64,000 nt of DNA from Mobula birostris (taxonomy: Eukaryota): contig NC_092397.1 of assembly GCF_030028105.1 (NCBI RefSeq), forward strand, positions 24,500,630 to 24,564,629. Direction: 5' to 3'. Position numbers and translations under genes: made by a program. The notes beneath the pieces were generated by a model, which ran no database searches, was not told where the DNA came from, and saw only the letters and a program-made list of their open reading frames with translations. This document shows positions 23,890-36,843 of this stretch, in pieces; position 1 is the stretch's first letter; each line of letters starts with the position of its first letter.

Positions 23890-26355
23890 CAGGCTTCACA
23901 GATTCACTACCTTTACTGAGGAAATTACTCCTCATCTTTGTTCTAACAGGGTGTCCTAGTATTCTGACGCTGTGCCCTGTGGTCCTAGACTGCCCACTCC
24001 ATCCCAGGCCTTTCGATATTTGATTGGTTTCAACAAGATTCCCTCATTCTTCTGAAGTCCGTTGAGTACAGGCCCAGAGCCATCAAACAATCCTTGTGCA
24101 TTAACCCTTTTATTGCCAGGATCATTCTTGTGAACCTCCTCTGGACCCTCTCCTATGCGAGCACGTACTTTATTAGATAAGAGGCCCAAAACAGTTGACA
24201 ATACTCCAAGTGTGATCGGACCAATGCCTTATCAATCTTCAGCATTATATCCTTGCTTTTGTATTGTACTCCTCTCTAAATGAATGCTAACATGGCATTT
24301 GGCTCTTCCTTACCACCGACCCAACCAGCAAGTTTATCTTTAGGAAATTCTGCACATCTGAGACGTGCCTGACCCTGGTACCCAGGAGGCGACACACCAT
24401 CGTGTCATCTCTGTTGCGGCCACAGAATCTCCTGCACATCCCCTGTACTGTGAGTCTGCTGTCATCACTGCTGTGATTGACCGTTCCTCCCGCGGAGCAT
24501 CGGACCGGGGTGTCAGTACCACCGACACAACGGGCTGCTGTGCTCTGGTTCGTCATCCTCCCAGGAGTAAACAAAGGAGTGTAATTGTTTCTGAGGGTCA
24601 CAGCCACAGGGAGACATTGCACTGTCTGTCTCTTCCCCTTTCCAGTCATGGTCGTGACCAAACTATTTGCAGCCTGACCTCAGGTTTGACCAACCCACTG
24701 AATCTCTGGTCTCAGCATCCTGGAAACTCTGGGTCTGTCCATCTCCAGCTCCATTTCCTTCACACGGTCAGTCAGGAGCGTTACCTCTTTCAGAACCCTG
24801 GGGTACAGTTCATCTGGTCCGGGTGACTTATGAACCCTCAGGTCTTTCAGCTTTTTGAGCACCTTTTCCCTTGTAATAATAACTGCACCTCTCTTCTCTT
24901 CCCTCACACCCTTCAGCATCTGGCACACTGCTAGTATCTTCCACTGATACAAAATACTCATTTAGTTCATCTGCCATTTCCTTGTATCCCCCCCCTCCCC
25001 GGCCATTATTATTCCTCTGGCCTCATTTTCTAGCAGTCCTTTACCCAGTCTCATCTCTCTTTTATTTTTACGTACTTGAAAAAGCTAAAACTATCCATTT
25101 TGATCATGTTTGCCAGCTTGCTTGCATGTTTCATCTCTTCCCTCTTTAGGTTGCTCTCTGTCAGCTGTTAAAGCTTCACAATCCTCTGTATTCTGAATAA
25201 TTTTTGCTTGTTGTATGTCCTCCCTTTTGGTTTTACATTAGCATTGACTTCCTTGTCAGCCACGGTTGTACTATTTTGCCATTTGAGTATTTGTTTGTTT
25301 CTGGAATACATCTATCCTACACCTTCCTCATTTTCCCCAGAAACTCACACCATTGCTGCTCTGCTGCCATCCCTGCCAGCATCTCCTTCCAATTTACTTT
25401 AGCCAACTCTTCTCTCACACCACTGTAATACCTTTACTCCACTGAAACACTGCTTTGTCAGACTGTACTTTCTCCCTGTCCAATTTCAAGTTGAACTCAG
25501 TGATACTGAGACCACTGCCTCCTAAGGGTTCTTTTACCTTCAGCTCCCAGATCACCTCCAGTTTATTCAATAACACATAATCCAGTATAGGTGATCTGCT
25601 AGTAGCTCAATGACAAACTGCTCCAAAAAGCCATCTGTTCAGCATTCAGCAAACTCACTCTCTTGAGATCTGTTTCCAACCTGATTTTCCCAATCAACCT
25701 GCATGTTAAAATCTCTCATGACTCCGATGAAATCTCCCACAACATTGCCCTTTTGACCTGCCTTTTCTATTTCCTGTTGTAACCTGTGGTCCACATCCCA
25801 GAAACTGTTCAGAGGCCTGTATACAACTGCCATCAACGTCCTTTTTACACTTGCAGTTTTTAAACTCAGCTCACAAGGATTCAACATCTTCCAATCCTTT
25901 GTCACATCTTTCTACTGATTTGTTACCATTCTTCACCAGCAGAGCCACGCCATCCCCATTGCCTACCTTCCTGTCCCTCTGATACGTGTAACCTTGGGCA
26001 CTTAGCTCCCAACTACAAACATTCTTCAGCCGTGATTCAGTGATGGTCACAACATTATACATGACCATCCATAATAGGGCAATAAGATTATGCATCTTAT
26101 TTATGAAACTCTGTGAACTGAGATATAACAGTTTGAGTACAGCATTTGCTACCCTTCTTCATTCTGCATTCCTCATGCACTGATACTCACCCTGCTGGCT
26201 GCAGTTATGTCCTGTCATCTGCCTGCCCTTCCTGACAGTGTGACTGCATGCGATCTTTGTTTTTTTACCATCTGTCCTACCCTGAGTCCTTTCACGCCTG
26301 TTCCCACGCCCCTGCCAAATTAGTTTAACCCTCCCCAACCGCTCTAACAAACCAG
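23890..26355 (-). mobile_element. Decayed CR1 LINE pieces (end of ORF1, endonuclease, RT C-terminus) with an inserted CR1 ORF1 fragment at about 24360-24780
   Basis: VVYRP, DFNMQVDW and KSPGPDELYPRVLKE motifs; RRFCG..RD..MVC.L.G.RV is an ORF1 esterase-like motif. Confidence 0.8.
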
Positions 26356-28380
26356 CAGTATGCCCACAAGAAAACTAACCTCAGGGTTGTATATGGTGAC
26401 AGAAATGTATTTTGATAATACATTTACTTTCAGCTTTGAACTTTGTAGTAGAGAGCCGGGTGTTGTACTGGTCTGTGTCCTCACTGGCCGGTGCTGTGCT
26501 CTGGCAGCTCAGTGTGCTTGGTATACAGTGTCAGTGTTTCGACAGAAGTGTGTCCTTATTACACAATTGATCTTGTCCATCCTGGAGCTTGGAAGATTCA
26601 CTGGCGACCAGAATGATTTTTTCAGACTATCATTGGGCAGAGAATCATTCTGTGATTGTCGAGACTATTTGACTCATCAAGTTAATACCAACTCCTGCTA
26701 CAACTTTTCCACAATCCCATTCCCCACTCTGTCCCCACAGCTCTGCAGGTCATTTCCCCTGAACGACTTGTCTAATTCCTCTTTGAACACTGGTTGTTCC
26801 TGCCACCACTCTGCTGAGTCCCATATTTCCCAAGGTGAAGTCAAGAATGTTCCCCTCCCTGGTGGACCACATATTGTTTCAGGAAACCTTCCTGAACACA
26901 AATAATGCCCCCTCCAAGCCTCAGATGATCCAGAACTGGTCGCTGCGTTACTGCAGTACTTGTATCATCCCAGTCTGAAACAGACCCATTATTCTGTCTC
27001 AGTATGATAACTGTCTTCAGTCAGTATTAACACACTTCCTTCCCAGTACTGAGCTCTGGTCTTGTGCACCAGCCTGCCATGTAGCACCTTGGCAAATGGC
27101 TCCTGAAAATCCAAAAACACCACTTCCCCAACTTCCCCTGTAAAGCCTCAAATCTCTGGTAAGTTTGTCAAACATGACTTAACATTCAACAACCCAGGTT
27201 ACAGGGTCCAAAACAGGTTCCAGATGGACAGGGTGGGGAAGAGGCTTTTGGAACACTGGCCTTCAGTCAGGGCACCAAATATAGAAGCTGTGATGAGATG
27301 TTGCAGTTGTACAACATGTTGGTTTGGCTACATTTCGCAAATAGTGTTTAATTTTAGTGACCCTGCTGTATGACAGACATGATTAAGCTGGAAAGAGTGC
27401 AGAGGAGACTTGCGGGGATGTTACTGGATCTCAAAGGATTTGTGGAAAGGTGTTTTGGACAATTTTCCCTGGAATGTTGGAGAATGAGTGCTGATATTGC
27501 AGAGGTGTATAAAATCATGAGGGATATGGAGGCTGGTCAGTAAATGGAATGAGCTGCTAAGGGGAGTGGTTGAGTCAGGTACATTAAAAAGGTACTTGGA
27601 CAGGTAGATGGGAAGGAAAGATTTTGAAGTATCTGGGCCAAATGCAGAGGAATGGGACAAGGAGGAGGATAACCTTGTTCATAATGTGGTGTTGAGTGGG
27701 TTACAGACACAAGCTCAGTTGGGAACTTTGGTCGTTGTGGAATCTGTGTCAATCTGACTGTAGACCCTGTTGAGTTAGTTCAATGACATTAAACTTTTCC
27801 AAACGACTTGTTATTTCTTCATAGATTATAGACTCCAGTAGCTGAAGTGAAGTTAACAAGACCACAGTTGCCTGCTTTTCATCTTCCACCCTTCTTCAAC
27901 AATGGTTTTCAACTCCACTGGAACCTTTCTGTAACACAGTGAGTTTTGACAAACTTCAATGTCTCTACTTTCTCTCCAGACTTCCTGTGAAAGCCTCCAG
28001 TGCAGGTCGTTGGGACCTGGTAAAGTTTGCTTTTAGTCCCATTAGTTTCTCCCTTGTGATGGCGATCGTTACACATTATGGCACAATGTTGAAATGTCAC
28101 CGTTAGATATCTGTGGGATGGTTGTTGTGCCCCACTGTGAACACTAATGCAAATTATTGAGTTAACATCTCTGCGTGTTCCTTGTTACTTTTAGCTTTTA
28201 TCTCATCACTGCTTCCTAGAAAATTCCTGATTCTCTTGTCTACCACCAGCCCTTGCCTCTTTGTATGTTCTTTGATTTAATATTTCCTTGAATGCCTTTG
28301 ACCAGACCTCAGGATCTTGAGGCCACTCCTCCCCATGTCTTCTTTCCCTTCCTCGTTCATCATCATTCTCCCTACATATA

Positions 28381-29980
28381 AAGTGCCTTTGAAAAGTATT
28401 CACACCCCTTGGAAGTTTTCATGTTTTATAGTTTTACAACATTGAATCTCAGTGGATTGAATTTGGCTGTTTTGAAACTGAACAATGGAAAAAGACTCTT
28501 GTGTCAGAGTGAAAACAAATCTCTACAAAATGCTCTCAATTAATTACAAATCTAAAACACAAAATAATTGTCTGTTTAAGTATTCATCCCCATTAATATG
28601 ACACACCAAATCATCAGTAGTGCAACCAATTAGTTTTCGATGTTACATAATCAGTTAAATGGAGATGACCGTGTGCAGTCAAGGTGTTTCAATTGATTGT
28701 AGTAATAGTACACCTGTAAGTGGAAGGTCGAACTGCTGGTGAGTCAGTATCCTGGGAGAAACTACACCGTGAAGACAAATCAACACTCCGAGCTGCTCTG
28801 CAAACAGGTAATTGAAAAACACAAGCCAGAAAATGGATACAGGAATATTTCCAAGTCACTGAATGTCCTTGGAGTATAGTTAAGTCACTCATCCAGAAGT
28901 GTGAAGAATATGGCACAGCTGTAGATCTGCCAAGAGCAGGCTATCCTCAAAAACTGAGTGGCCATGCAAGAAGGGGCCAGTGAGGGAGGCCACCAAGAGA
29001 CCTATGATAACTCTAGAGGAGTTACAAGCTTCAGTGGTGGGAGAGATTGTGCATACATCCACTGTTGCCCGGGTGTTTCACCAGTCGCAGCTTTACGGGA
29101 GAGTGGCAGAGAAAAGGCCACTGTTGAAAAATGCTCTCATGAAATCTTGCCTGAAGTTTCCCAGAATTGTGGGGGACTCTGAAGTCAGTTGGAAGAAGAT
29201 TCTGTGGTCTGACAAAAACAAAATTGAACTTCTTGACCATCACAAACACTAAGTTTGGAGTAAGCTAAACACCGCACAACATCAAAAACACACCATCCCT
29301 ACCGTGAAGTGTGGTGGAGGCTGCATCATCCTGTGGGTATGCTTCACTGCAGCAGGCCATGAAAGGCACGTAAAGGTAGAGGATAAAATGAATGCAGCAA
29401 AATACAGGGAAATCCTGGAGGAAAACCTAATTCAGTCTTCAAGAGAACTGCGACTTAGAGGAGAAAATTAATTTTCCAGCAAGACAATGACCGCAAACAT
29501 AAAACCAAAGCTGCACAGGAATGCCTTAAAACAACAAAGTTAATGTCCTGGAGTGGCTTTGTGAGAGTCCTGACCTCAATCCAATTGAGAATTTGTGGCT
29601 GGACTTGAAAAGATCTGTTCACTCACCAACCCATGCATTCTGACAGAGCTTCAGCAGTTTTGTAAAGGAGAATGAGGAAAATTGCAGTGTTCAGATGTGC
29701 AAAGCTGATAGACGCCGATCCATCCACACAGACTCAACTGTAAACACTGTCAAAGGTGCATCAACTAATTACGGATTTGAAGGAGATGAATACTAATGCA
29801 ATGAATTATTTTTTGTTTTATATTTACAATTAATTTAGATCACTTTGTGGAGATCTGCTTTCACTTTGACACCGTGGAGTCTTTTCTGTTGATCAGTGTC
29901 AAAAAGGCAAAATTAAATCCATTGCAAAACAATAAAACATAAAAACTTCTAAGGAGATTGAACATTTTTTATAGGCACTG
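28381..29980 (+). mobile_element. Full-length Tc1-like DNA transposon (long IR/DR-type TIRs), inactive
   Basis: TA on both sides (28379-28380 and 29981-29982), ends AAGTGCC...GGCACTG, about 210-bp imperfect TIRs, 1600 bp long. Confidence 0.92.
28769..29775 (+). pseudogene. Tc1 DD34E transposase pseudogene
   Basis: ILWSDKNKIEL, FQQDNDRKH and SPDLNPIENLW catalytic motifs; frameshifts and stops. Confidence 0.9.
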
Positions 29981-30199
29981 TATCCACTCCTTCACCAGCA
30001 CGTTATGAACAAATCCACCCTGCTCCTTTCCATTTTGCCGATTCCGTGTGGAACATTGAATACAGTGGAAGGTCGAATTCCCAGTTCCAGTCTCTGTAAC
30101 CATGTCCCTGCAATAGCTTTTAGATCAAACATATTCGACAGTACACAATATGGGACAGATGGCAACCTGCCCTTCGACCCACAATATCTGCACCAATCA

Positions 30200-30780
30200 T
30201 GATAATGATCAGACTTTATAAACCTGGGGAGGCCTCATTGGTGTATTGTGAGCAGTTTTGGGCCCTTTACCTTAGGAAGGATGAGCTGAAATTGGGTGGG
30301 TTTCAAAGGACGTTCTCCAGTTTGATTCCTGGATGAAACAGCTTGTCATATGAAGAGCGTTTGATGGCTCTGGGCTTGTTTTCTCTGGAATTTCTGAACA
30401 ATGAGGGGTGGCCCATTTGAAACCTATCAAATGGTCAAAGGCAGTGATAAAGTGGATGTGCAGAAGATGGGACTGTATAATATCAGAGGACATAGCCTCA
30501 GAATAGAGGATCGTCCTTGTAGAATGTGGAGATGGGGAATTTCTTTAGCCAGGGAGTGGTGAATCTGTAGAATTCATTGCCAAAGGAAGCTGTTAAGCCA
30601 GGACTTTATGTATATTTAAGGCGGAGGTTGATAGATTCTTGATTGGTCAGAGTATGAAGGGATACAGGGGAAAGGCAGGAGACTGGGGCTGAGAGGAAAA
30701 ATGGATCAGCCACAATGAAATGTCGGAGCAGACTTGATGGGCCAAATGGTCTAATTCTGCTCCTATACCTTAGTCTGTAT
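30200..30780 (+). mobile_element. CR1 3' fragment
   Basis: RLYK.L.RP...YCEQFWAP remnant and CR1 3' UTR. Confidence 0.7.
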
Positions 30781-30784
30781 TATC

Positions 30785-32800
30785 TCCTCAAAAACCTCAA
30801 TCAATTTTATCATGTGTGATCTGCCACAGAAAATCATGCTGATTGTCCCTTAACAGGCCATGCCTTTCCAAATGTGCATAAATCCTGTACCTCAATATCC
30901 TCCCCAGTAGCTTCTCTACCACTGAAATGAGGCTGCCTTGCCTATAGGTTCCTGGATTCTTGTTATTTCCCTTCTTAATCAAAACTGCAACATTTGCAAC
31001 ACTCCAGTCCTGTGGGACCTCACATGTTGTGATCGAGGACACATAGATCCTTGTCAAATCCCCAGCAATCTGCTCGCCTGCTTCCTTTACTATTGTAGGA
31101 TATATGCCTTCAGGCCTGGAGTGTTATCCACTTTATTGATTTTCAGACGTCCCAGCACAACCTCCTCCTTAATCTCAACATGTCTCTGCACGTTAGCATG
31201 TCTCACTCTGTTTTCATTGCCATTCAATTCCTTCTCATAAATACTAACACAACGTACCCATTTAGTACCTCAGCCACTTGGTCTGACTTCAACCACATCA
31301 TTCCTCCTTTAATCTTGAGTTGACCTTTCCATTCTCTGGTTATCCTCGTTTTATTAATACAAGTCACAAGGCCTTGGGATTATCTTTAGTCCCACTTCAC
31401 AAGGACCGGTTGTGGCCCCGATTTGGCCTTTCCTATCATCTGCTTTAGCATTTCCCTGCTATCGTTATATTCCAAAGGTACCCAGTCTGACTTTAGCTTC
31501 ACAAACCTTACATATCCTTCTGTCTAAATTTAGGATCTCTGTGCTCATCCAAAGTTCCCTTCCGCCTCCTCACTCCTCACCGAACATGCTGATCCTGAAC
31601 TCAGAGTTGCTGCTCTTTAAACAACTCCCACATATCAGATGTGGACTTGTCTGACAGTGGCTGCTCCCGATCAATGCCCCTTGGCTCCTGTCTTCCTCCG
31701 TCCTGACTTGTCCTCCTGCAAATTAGTACTTTCATACAAGATCTAATTTTATTCTACTCATAAGTTTTAAAAAAAAAGTTGTGATCACTGTTCCCAAAAT
31801 GTTCACTGACTCTTGGCTGTTAGCTGGCCTGGCTCGTTTCTCAAAACTAATTCCTGTATGTTCTCAACTCTGGTTGGGCCCTGTACATAATGTTCCAAAC
31901 ACTCCTCTAATTCACTGAACAAATCTTGCGCATCTAAGTATTAAGCAAGATCCAGTCAATTCTAGGGAAGATGAAGTCGCTCACTATGACAACCCTGTTG
32001 TTCTGCACCTCTCCATAAGCATCAACATATCCGATCCTCCACCTCCCGGTGGTTATTGGGGGCCAATACGATAATCCCATCAGTGTAACTGCAGATCGCC
32101 TCTGTAAATGAGCCTTCCAGTTTGCTGTGACATTCCCAGTGGGGTAACCTCTGCATCTTTTAACCGCAACCCCCATCCCCAGTCACATGTAAAACAATCA
32201 AACCCAGGAATGTTGAGCTGCCAGCCCTGTCCGTCTGACAACATTAACACTCCTAATGTTGAAATAAACTCATTTCAGCCGATCAGTCCCACCATGTTTA
32301 TTAGCCTGACATTGGCTCTCGTTCTTTTCAGACTGTCTTGTCATACATACATTCTCCCACTTGCTACTCTAGTTCAAACTCTGCCAAGTGACACCATCAA
32401 ACCTCCTGGCGAAAATGTTGGTTCCCGTCCGGTTCAGATGCAAATGGTCTCGTTTCTCCTGGTCTCCCACCTGCCTGGAAGAGAGCCCATTGATCCATGA
32501 AGACCTCCCTCCCGCATCAGTTCCTCAGCAACATATTAAACTGCATGAAATATCGATTTCCCACCCCACAGCCACATGCTTTGAATCGTAATACAATCCT
32601 GGAAGTCCTGATTTTTGTTAACCTTGTTCCCGAAAATCACTGTGCAGGACCTCATCCCTGCTCGTTCAAACCCTTCCGTGTAGCATGAAGGCGGCTCCCC
32701 GGAAACATATTGGCTCCCACCCTCCTTGGACCCGTCTCTCGTTTCCCTTGAGACCCAATGACCCTTGTACCTGAAGACCCACCCACCTCGCAACTGCTCC
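30785..32800 (-). mobile_element. Old CR1 LINE (endonuclease and RT fragments)
   Basis: VPQDWSVANV..LIKKG...PG.YR..SL.SVV.KLL; VVIVSDFIFP.IDW. Confidence 0.7.
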
Positions 32801-32841
32801 TCAGCCACCACTTTACCTGGGCTTTAGAAGATCCCAGAAGC

Positions 32842-33419
32842 CATAATCATTGTCATACTTTATTGATCCCGGGGGAAATTGGTTTTTGTTACAGTGGCAC
32901 CATAAATAATAGTATTAGAACCATTAATAATTTAAATAGTAATATGTAAATTATGCCAGTAAATTATGAAATAAGTCCAGGACCAGCCTATTGGCTCAGG
33001 GTGTCTGACCCTCCAAGGGAGGAGTTGTAAAGTTTGATGGCCACAGGCAGGAATGACTTCCTATGACGCTCAGTGCTGCATCTCGGTGGAATGAGTCTCT
33101 GGCTGAATGTACTCCTGTGCCCACCCAGTACATTATGTAGTGGATGGGAGACATTGACCGAGATGGCATGCAACTTAGACAGCATCCTCTTTTCAGACAC
33201 CACCGTGAGAGAGTCCAGTTCTATCCCCACAACATCACTGGCCTTACGAATGAGTTTGTTGATTCTGTTGGTGTCTGCTACCCTCAGCCTGCTGCCCCAG
33301 CACACAACAGCAAACATGATAACACTGGCCACCACAGACTCGTAGAACATCCTCAGCATCGTCCGACAGATGTTAAAGGACCTCAGTCTCCTCAGGAAAT
33401 GGAGACGGCTCTGACCCTT
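32842..33419 (-). mobile_element. Young Rex1/Babar-like LINE 3' end
   Basis: ORF 32988-33359 is almost identical to 61340-61711. Confidence 0.88.
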
Positions 33420-33806
33420 AGAAAAGCGCAGTCTATATATCTGGTTATGTATCCTGTTCCTGTATGTGACCGGTCTTTCATTTCCCTGGCGATCCAGAGG
33501 AACAATTGTTCTAATGAATTAACCCTCTCATCACTGGAAGTGACTGCACCCTCGCCCACCAACTGCTGTGTGTGAGGGCGCTCGCACTGGTCAAGGATCC
33601 GGGGAGGGACAGACCGAGGTCCTCGGGGATTTGCGGAATGGAAAAGCACTTTCTATAATTTAAAGCAGGAGAATCGGCAAATTCCCAGAAATCCTCCAGT
33701 ATGTATGTGATGTGTGAGGGAGTTTTGTTTTTCGCTGGAGCGCTTTGTGTCGGATGAATCGTTGGAAATTGGCGGTTGTGGTAAAGTGAAGGCGGAGCTG
33801 GACGAT

Positions 33807-33912
33807 GAGAGGCCGCTCTCGGCTCTGTCCGTCACTCTGACTCTGTCTCCTCCCCTCCCCGCCTCTGTCTCTCTGCGCGTTTCTCGGGCAGGTCGGGGCG
33901 CTGTGTATAAAA
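33807..33912 (+). promoter_or_regulatory. H4 proximal promoter
   Basis: GC box, CAGGTCGG (H4 site-II-like) and TATAAAA at 33906-33912. Confidence 0.75.
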
Positions 33913-33957
33913 GGAGACAGCAGCAGGCAGTTTGTCAGTGAGCAGCGACCTGAGTGA

Positions 33958-34278
<321 letters not shown>

Positions 34279-34311
34279 AAAACTCCCACTTCCTCCCGAG
34301 CACAAAACAAA

Positions 34312-34353
34312 GGCTCTTCTAAGAGCCACCCACCGCCTCACAGACGGAGCCGT
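34312..34353 (+). other. Histone 3' stem-loop and HDE (H4)
   Basis: GGCTCTTCTAAGAGCC at 34312-34327, then ACCCA and a purine-rich AGACGGAGCCGT. Confidence 0.92.
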
Positions 34354-34759
34354 ATCCACAACATTTTAATTATTTTTATCGATATATTCAGCTGTGTTAC
34401 ATTTGAAACAGATTAATCGGTTCCGCTTGAAATATTCCTGCGAATCTGCCTTTCCAGTCGGTGATTACTTCAGAACCTCTGAACGCATTAAGATCGATCT
34501 TAATCCTCTTATCCGTCTCGAACAGAAATCAGTTCAGTCGTTTAGAGAAACGATTCCAGAATTATGAATTCAAATCTTAACTCTAATTAGATATTAAATT
34601 CATTAAAAGAAACTGACATTGTATAATCCTTGATACAATTAATGGTAAATAATTTTAAAAGTAGTCAAGCACCGTTGCTGGGTGCTCTGAATTGGCGGGC
34701 AATTTGAAATTAATCCTGCGCCAATCACACTGTATTCTGATCCGATGAAGTCCGACCGC

Positions 34760-34969
34760 CAGTAAATTCCTGGAGATCCTTCACTATGACGTGGTGTGTT
34801 TCTCTCTCTCTCTGGAGCTCTGTGTTTCGGAAAAACCGTTGGAAATTGCCGGGTGTATTAAAGTGAAGACAGACCTGGCGGAGGAGAGGCCGGTCTCGGC
34901 TCTGTCCGTCACTCTGACTCTGTCTCCTCCTCTCCCCGCCTCTGTCTCTCTGCGCGTTTCTCCGGCAGG
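34760..34969 (+). pseudogene. Orphan duplicate of the H4 promoter (no TATA box, no CDS)
   Basis: 34884-34969 matches 33807-33892 at 83/86 nt; weaker similarity extends upstream. Confidence 0.85.
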
Positions 34970-35139
34970 AGAAGTGGCAGAGGATTGGAGGATGGGTTAT
35001 GTTATGCAGTAATTTAGAATCGAAGGAAAACTAAACACAAGAAACTGTGCAGATGCTGATGGAGGGTCTCGGCCTGAAACGCCGGCTGTTTACTCGCTGC
35101 CTGGCCTGCTGAGTTCCTCCAGCATTGTGTGTGTGTCGC

Positions 35140-36180
35140 TGCAAGGAAAAGCCCGGGAGCTTCAGACTGGTGAGACCGTGTCTGGAAGGAGAGACCACGT
35201 GATCCAGGGCACTGGGTACAATATCGGCCTGGTGGTCGGAGAAAGAGTCATTATTTAGACTGGAGACCTGTGATCAATAGTCTGGCACCGGGATTCGAGT
35301 CAAGTCTGCTGTTGCTAAAGACTCGGCTGACAATGTCAACGTCCGGCTCAGCAAATCTGCCGATGTCAGTAAAGTTGGTGATATCGTTGGTGATATAACA
35401 TTACAACAGGATGGTGATCAATGAGGTCAGTGATTTGAGGAATGACAGATAAATGTGAGATGTTCCATTGTCATTGACGAACCAGGGCAGAACTGCCGTG
35501 GGGAATGGTCTGTCCCTGGGAGTGCTGTAAAACAGAGATATCGGGGTGTAGATATCGAATTCCTTCAGAGTGTAAACACAGGTCGGCAGGACGGTGAAGA
35601 AGCTGTTCGCTACACTCGCATTCATCGGTCAGAGTATCGGGCACTGGACTGTGACGTCACATTACAGCTCTACCAGCCTCGGGGAAACTACTCTCGGAGC
35701 ACGGAGTACAGTTATAGTTGCCCTGGGATCAGAGGGTGACATGAAACTGGAGAGGGTGCAAAAGGGATTTAACAGGAGGCTGGATAGGCCAGGACCTTTC
35801 TCACCAGAGTGTATGTGACATTAGAGAGGTGAGAAAATAATGGCAGTCATTGATACGGTCAATAGTGAATCTGTTATCTCCAGGGATATGGGGTTGGAAG
35901 CGAGAGATTACAGGTATAAAGTGAAAGAGGGAAGTTTTAAATGGGATCCTGAGGAACAGGTTTTATACACAGAATGTGCTGTTTACATGGAACAAACTAC
36001 CCCAAGTGGTGGTATAGTTGGGCACAGTTGCAATATCTCTTGGACTGTGGAGAAGGAAGTTTCACAGGGACATGGGCCAAATGCAGGCACCTGACAATGG
36101 TTTTGTTTGGCCACTTGGTCAGCATGGATGTGTTGGACTGAAGGGCCTGTTTCTGTGCTGCATAACTCAGTGACTATGTC
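35140..36180 (+). mobile_element. Highly decayed CR1 RT/3' fragment
   Basis: KSADVSKVG (KFADDTK.G relic), LAFI, LQLY and LERVQKGFNR motifs. Confidence 0.6.
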
Positions 36181-36307
36181 TGCTGCTGTGGCAGAGCGGG
36201 AGGGACAGTGTCAGTAGTGAGAAGGTTTGAGGGATGTAGACAGGAGAGTGAATGGTTGAGAATGTGACAGATGGAACAGAGTGTGGGGAAATATGAGATC
36301 ACCCAAC

Positions 36308-36343
36308 CTCATTAGCATACTGTTCCGGGCGCTGCCTATTTAA
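36308..36343 (+). promoter_or_regulatory. H2B octamer-like element and TATA box
   Basis: CTCATTAGCATAC (variant of the H2B ATTTGCAT box) followed by CTATTTAA. Confidence 0.7.
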
Positions 36344-36395
36344 TTCGTGCTCCGAGTCAGTTCTGCTTCTTCAGGGTCTGAAACCGACGGAAGAA

Positions 36396-36770
36396 ATGCC
36401 TGAGCCAGCGAAATCCGCTCCGAAGAAGGGCACCAAGAAAGTTTTGTCCAAACCAGCAGGCAAGGCAGGGAAGAAGCGCAAGAGGCTGAGAAAGGAGAGT
36501 TACTCCATCTACATCTACAAAGTGATGAAGCAGGTTCACCCCGATACTGGCATCTCCTCCAAGGCCATGAGCATCATGAACTCGTTCGTCAACGATATCT
36601 TCGAGAGAATCGGGGGCGAGGCTTCCCGCCTGGCCCACTACAACAAGCGGTCAACCATCACCTCACGGGAGATCCAGACCGCCGTGCGCCTGCTGCTGCC
36701 CGGGGAGCTGGCCAAGCACGCCGTGTCCGAAGGGACAAAGGCGGTAACCAAGTACACCAGCTCCAAGTAA
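36396..36770 (+). CDS. H2B: Histone H2B (replication-dependent)
   Basis: 124 aa, [12 protein letters not shown]...[10 protein letters not shown]; stem-loop downstream. Confidence 0.98.
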   Translation: MPEPAKSAPKKGTKKVLSKPAGKAGKKRKRLRKESYSIYIYKVMKQVHPDTGISSKAMSIMNSFVNDIFERIGGEASRLAHYNKRSTITSREIQTAVRLLLPGELAKHAVSEGTKAVTKYTSSK

Positions 36771-36801
36771 AGCTCTCCAGTGCGATGATCGAAAACAAAA
36801 C

Positions 36802-36843
36802 GGCTCTTTTAAGAGCCACTCACAATTTCACTAAGAGGGTTGT
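36802..36843 (+). other. Histone 3' stem-loop and HDE (H2B)
   Basis: GGCTCTTTTAAGAGCC at 36802-36817; AAGAGGGTTGT downstream. Confidence 0.93.

Noticed and set aside
26360-26905. 181-aa ORF as a host gene
   Set aside because: Spans a LINE tail and CR1-like sequence, with no recognisable domain or exon structure.
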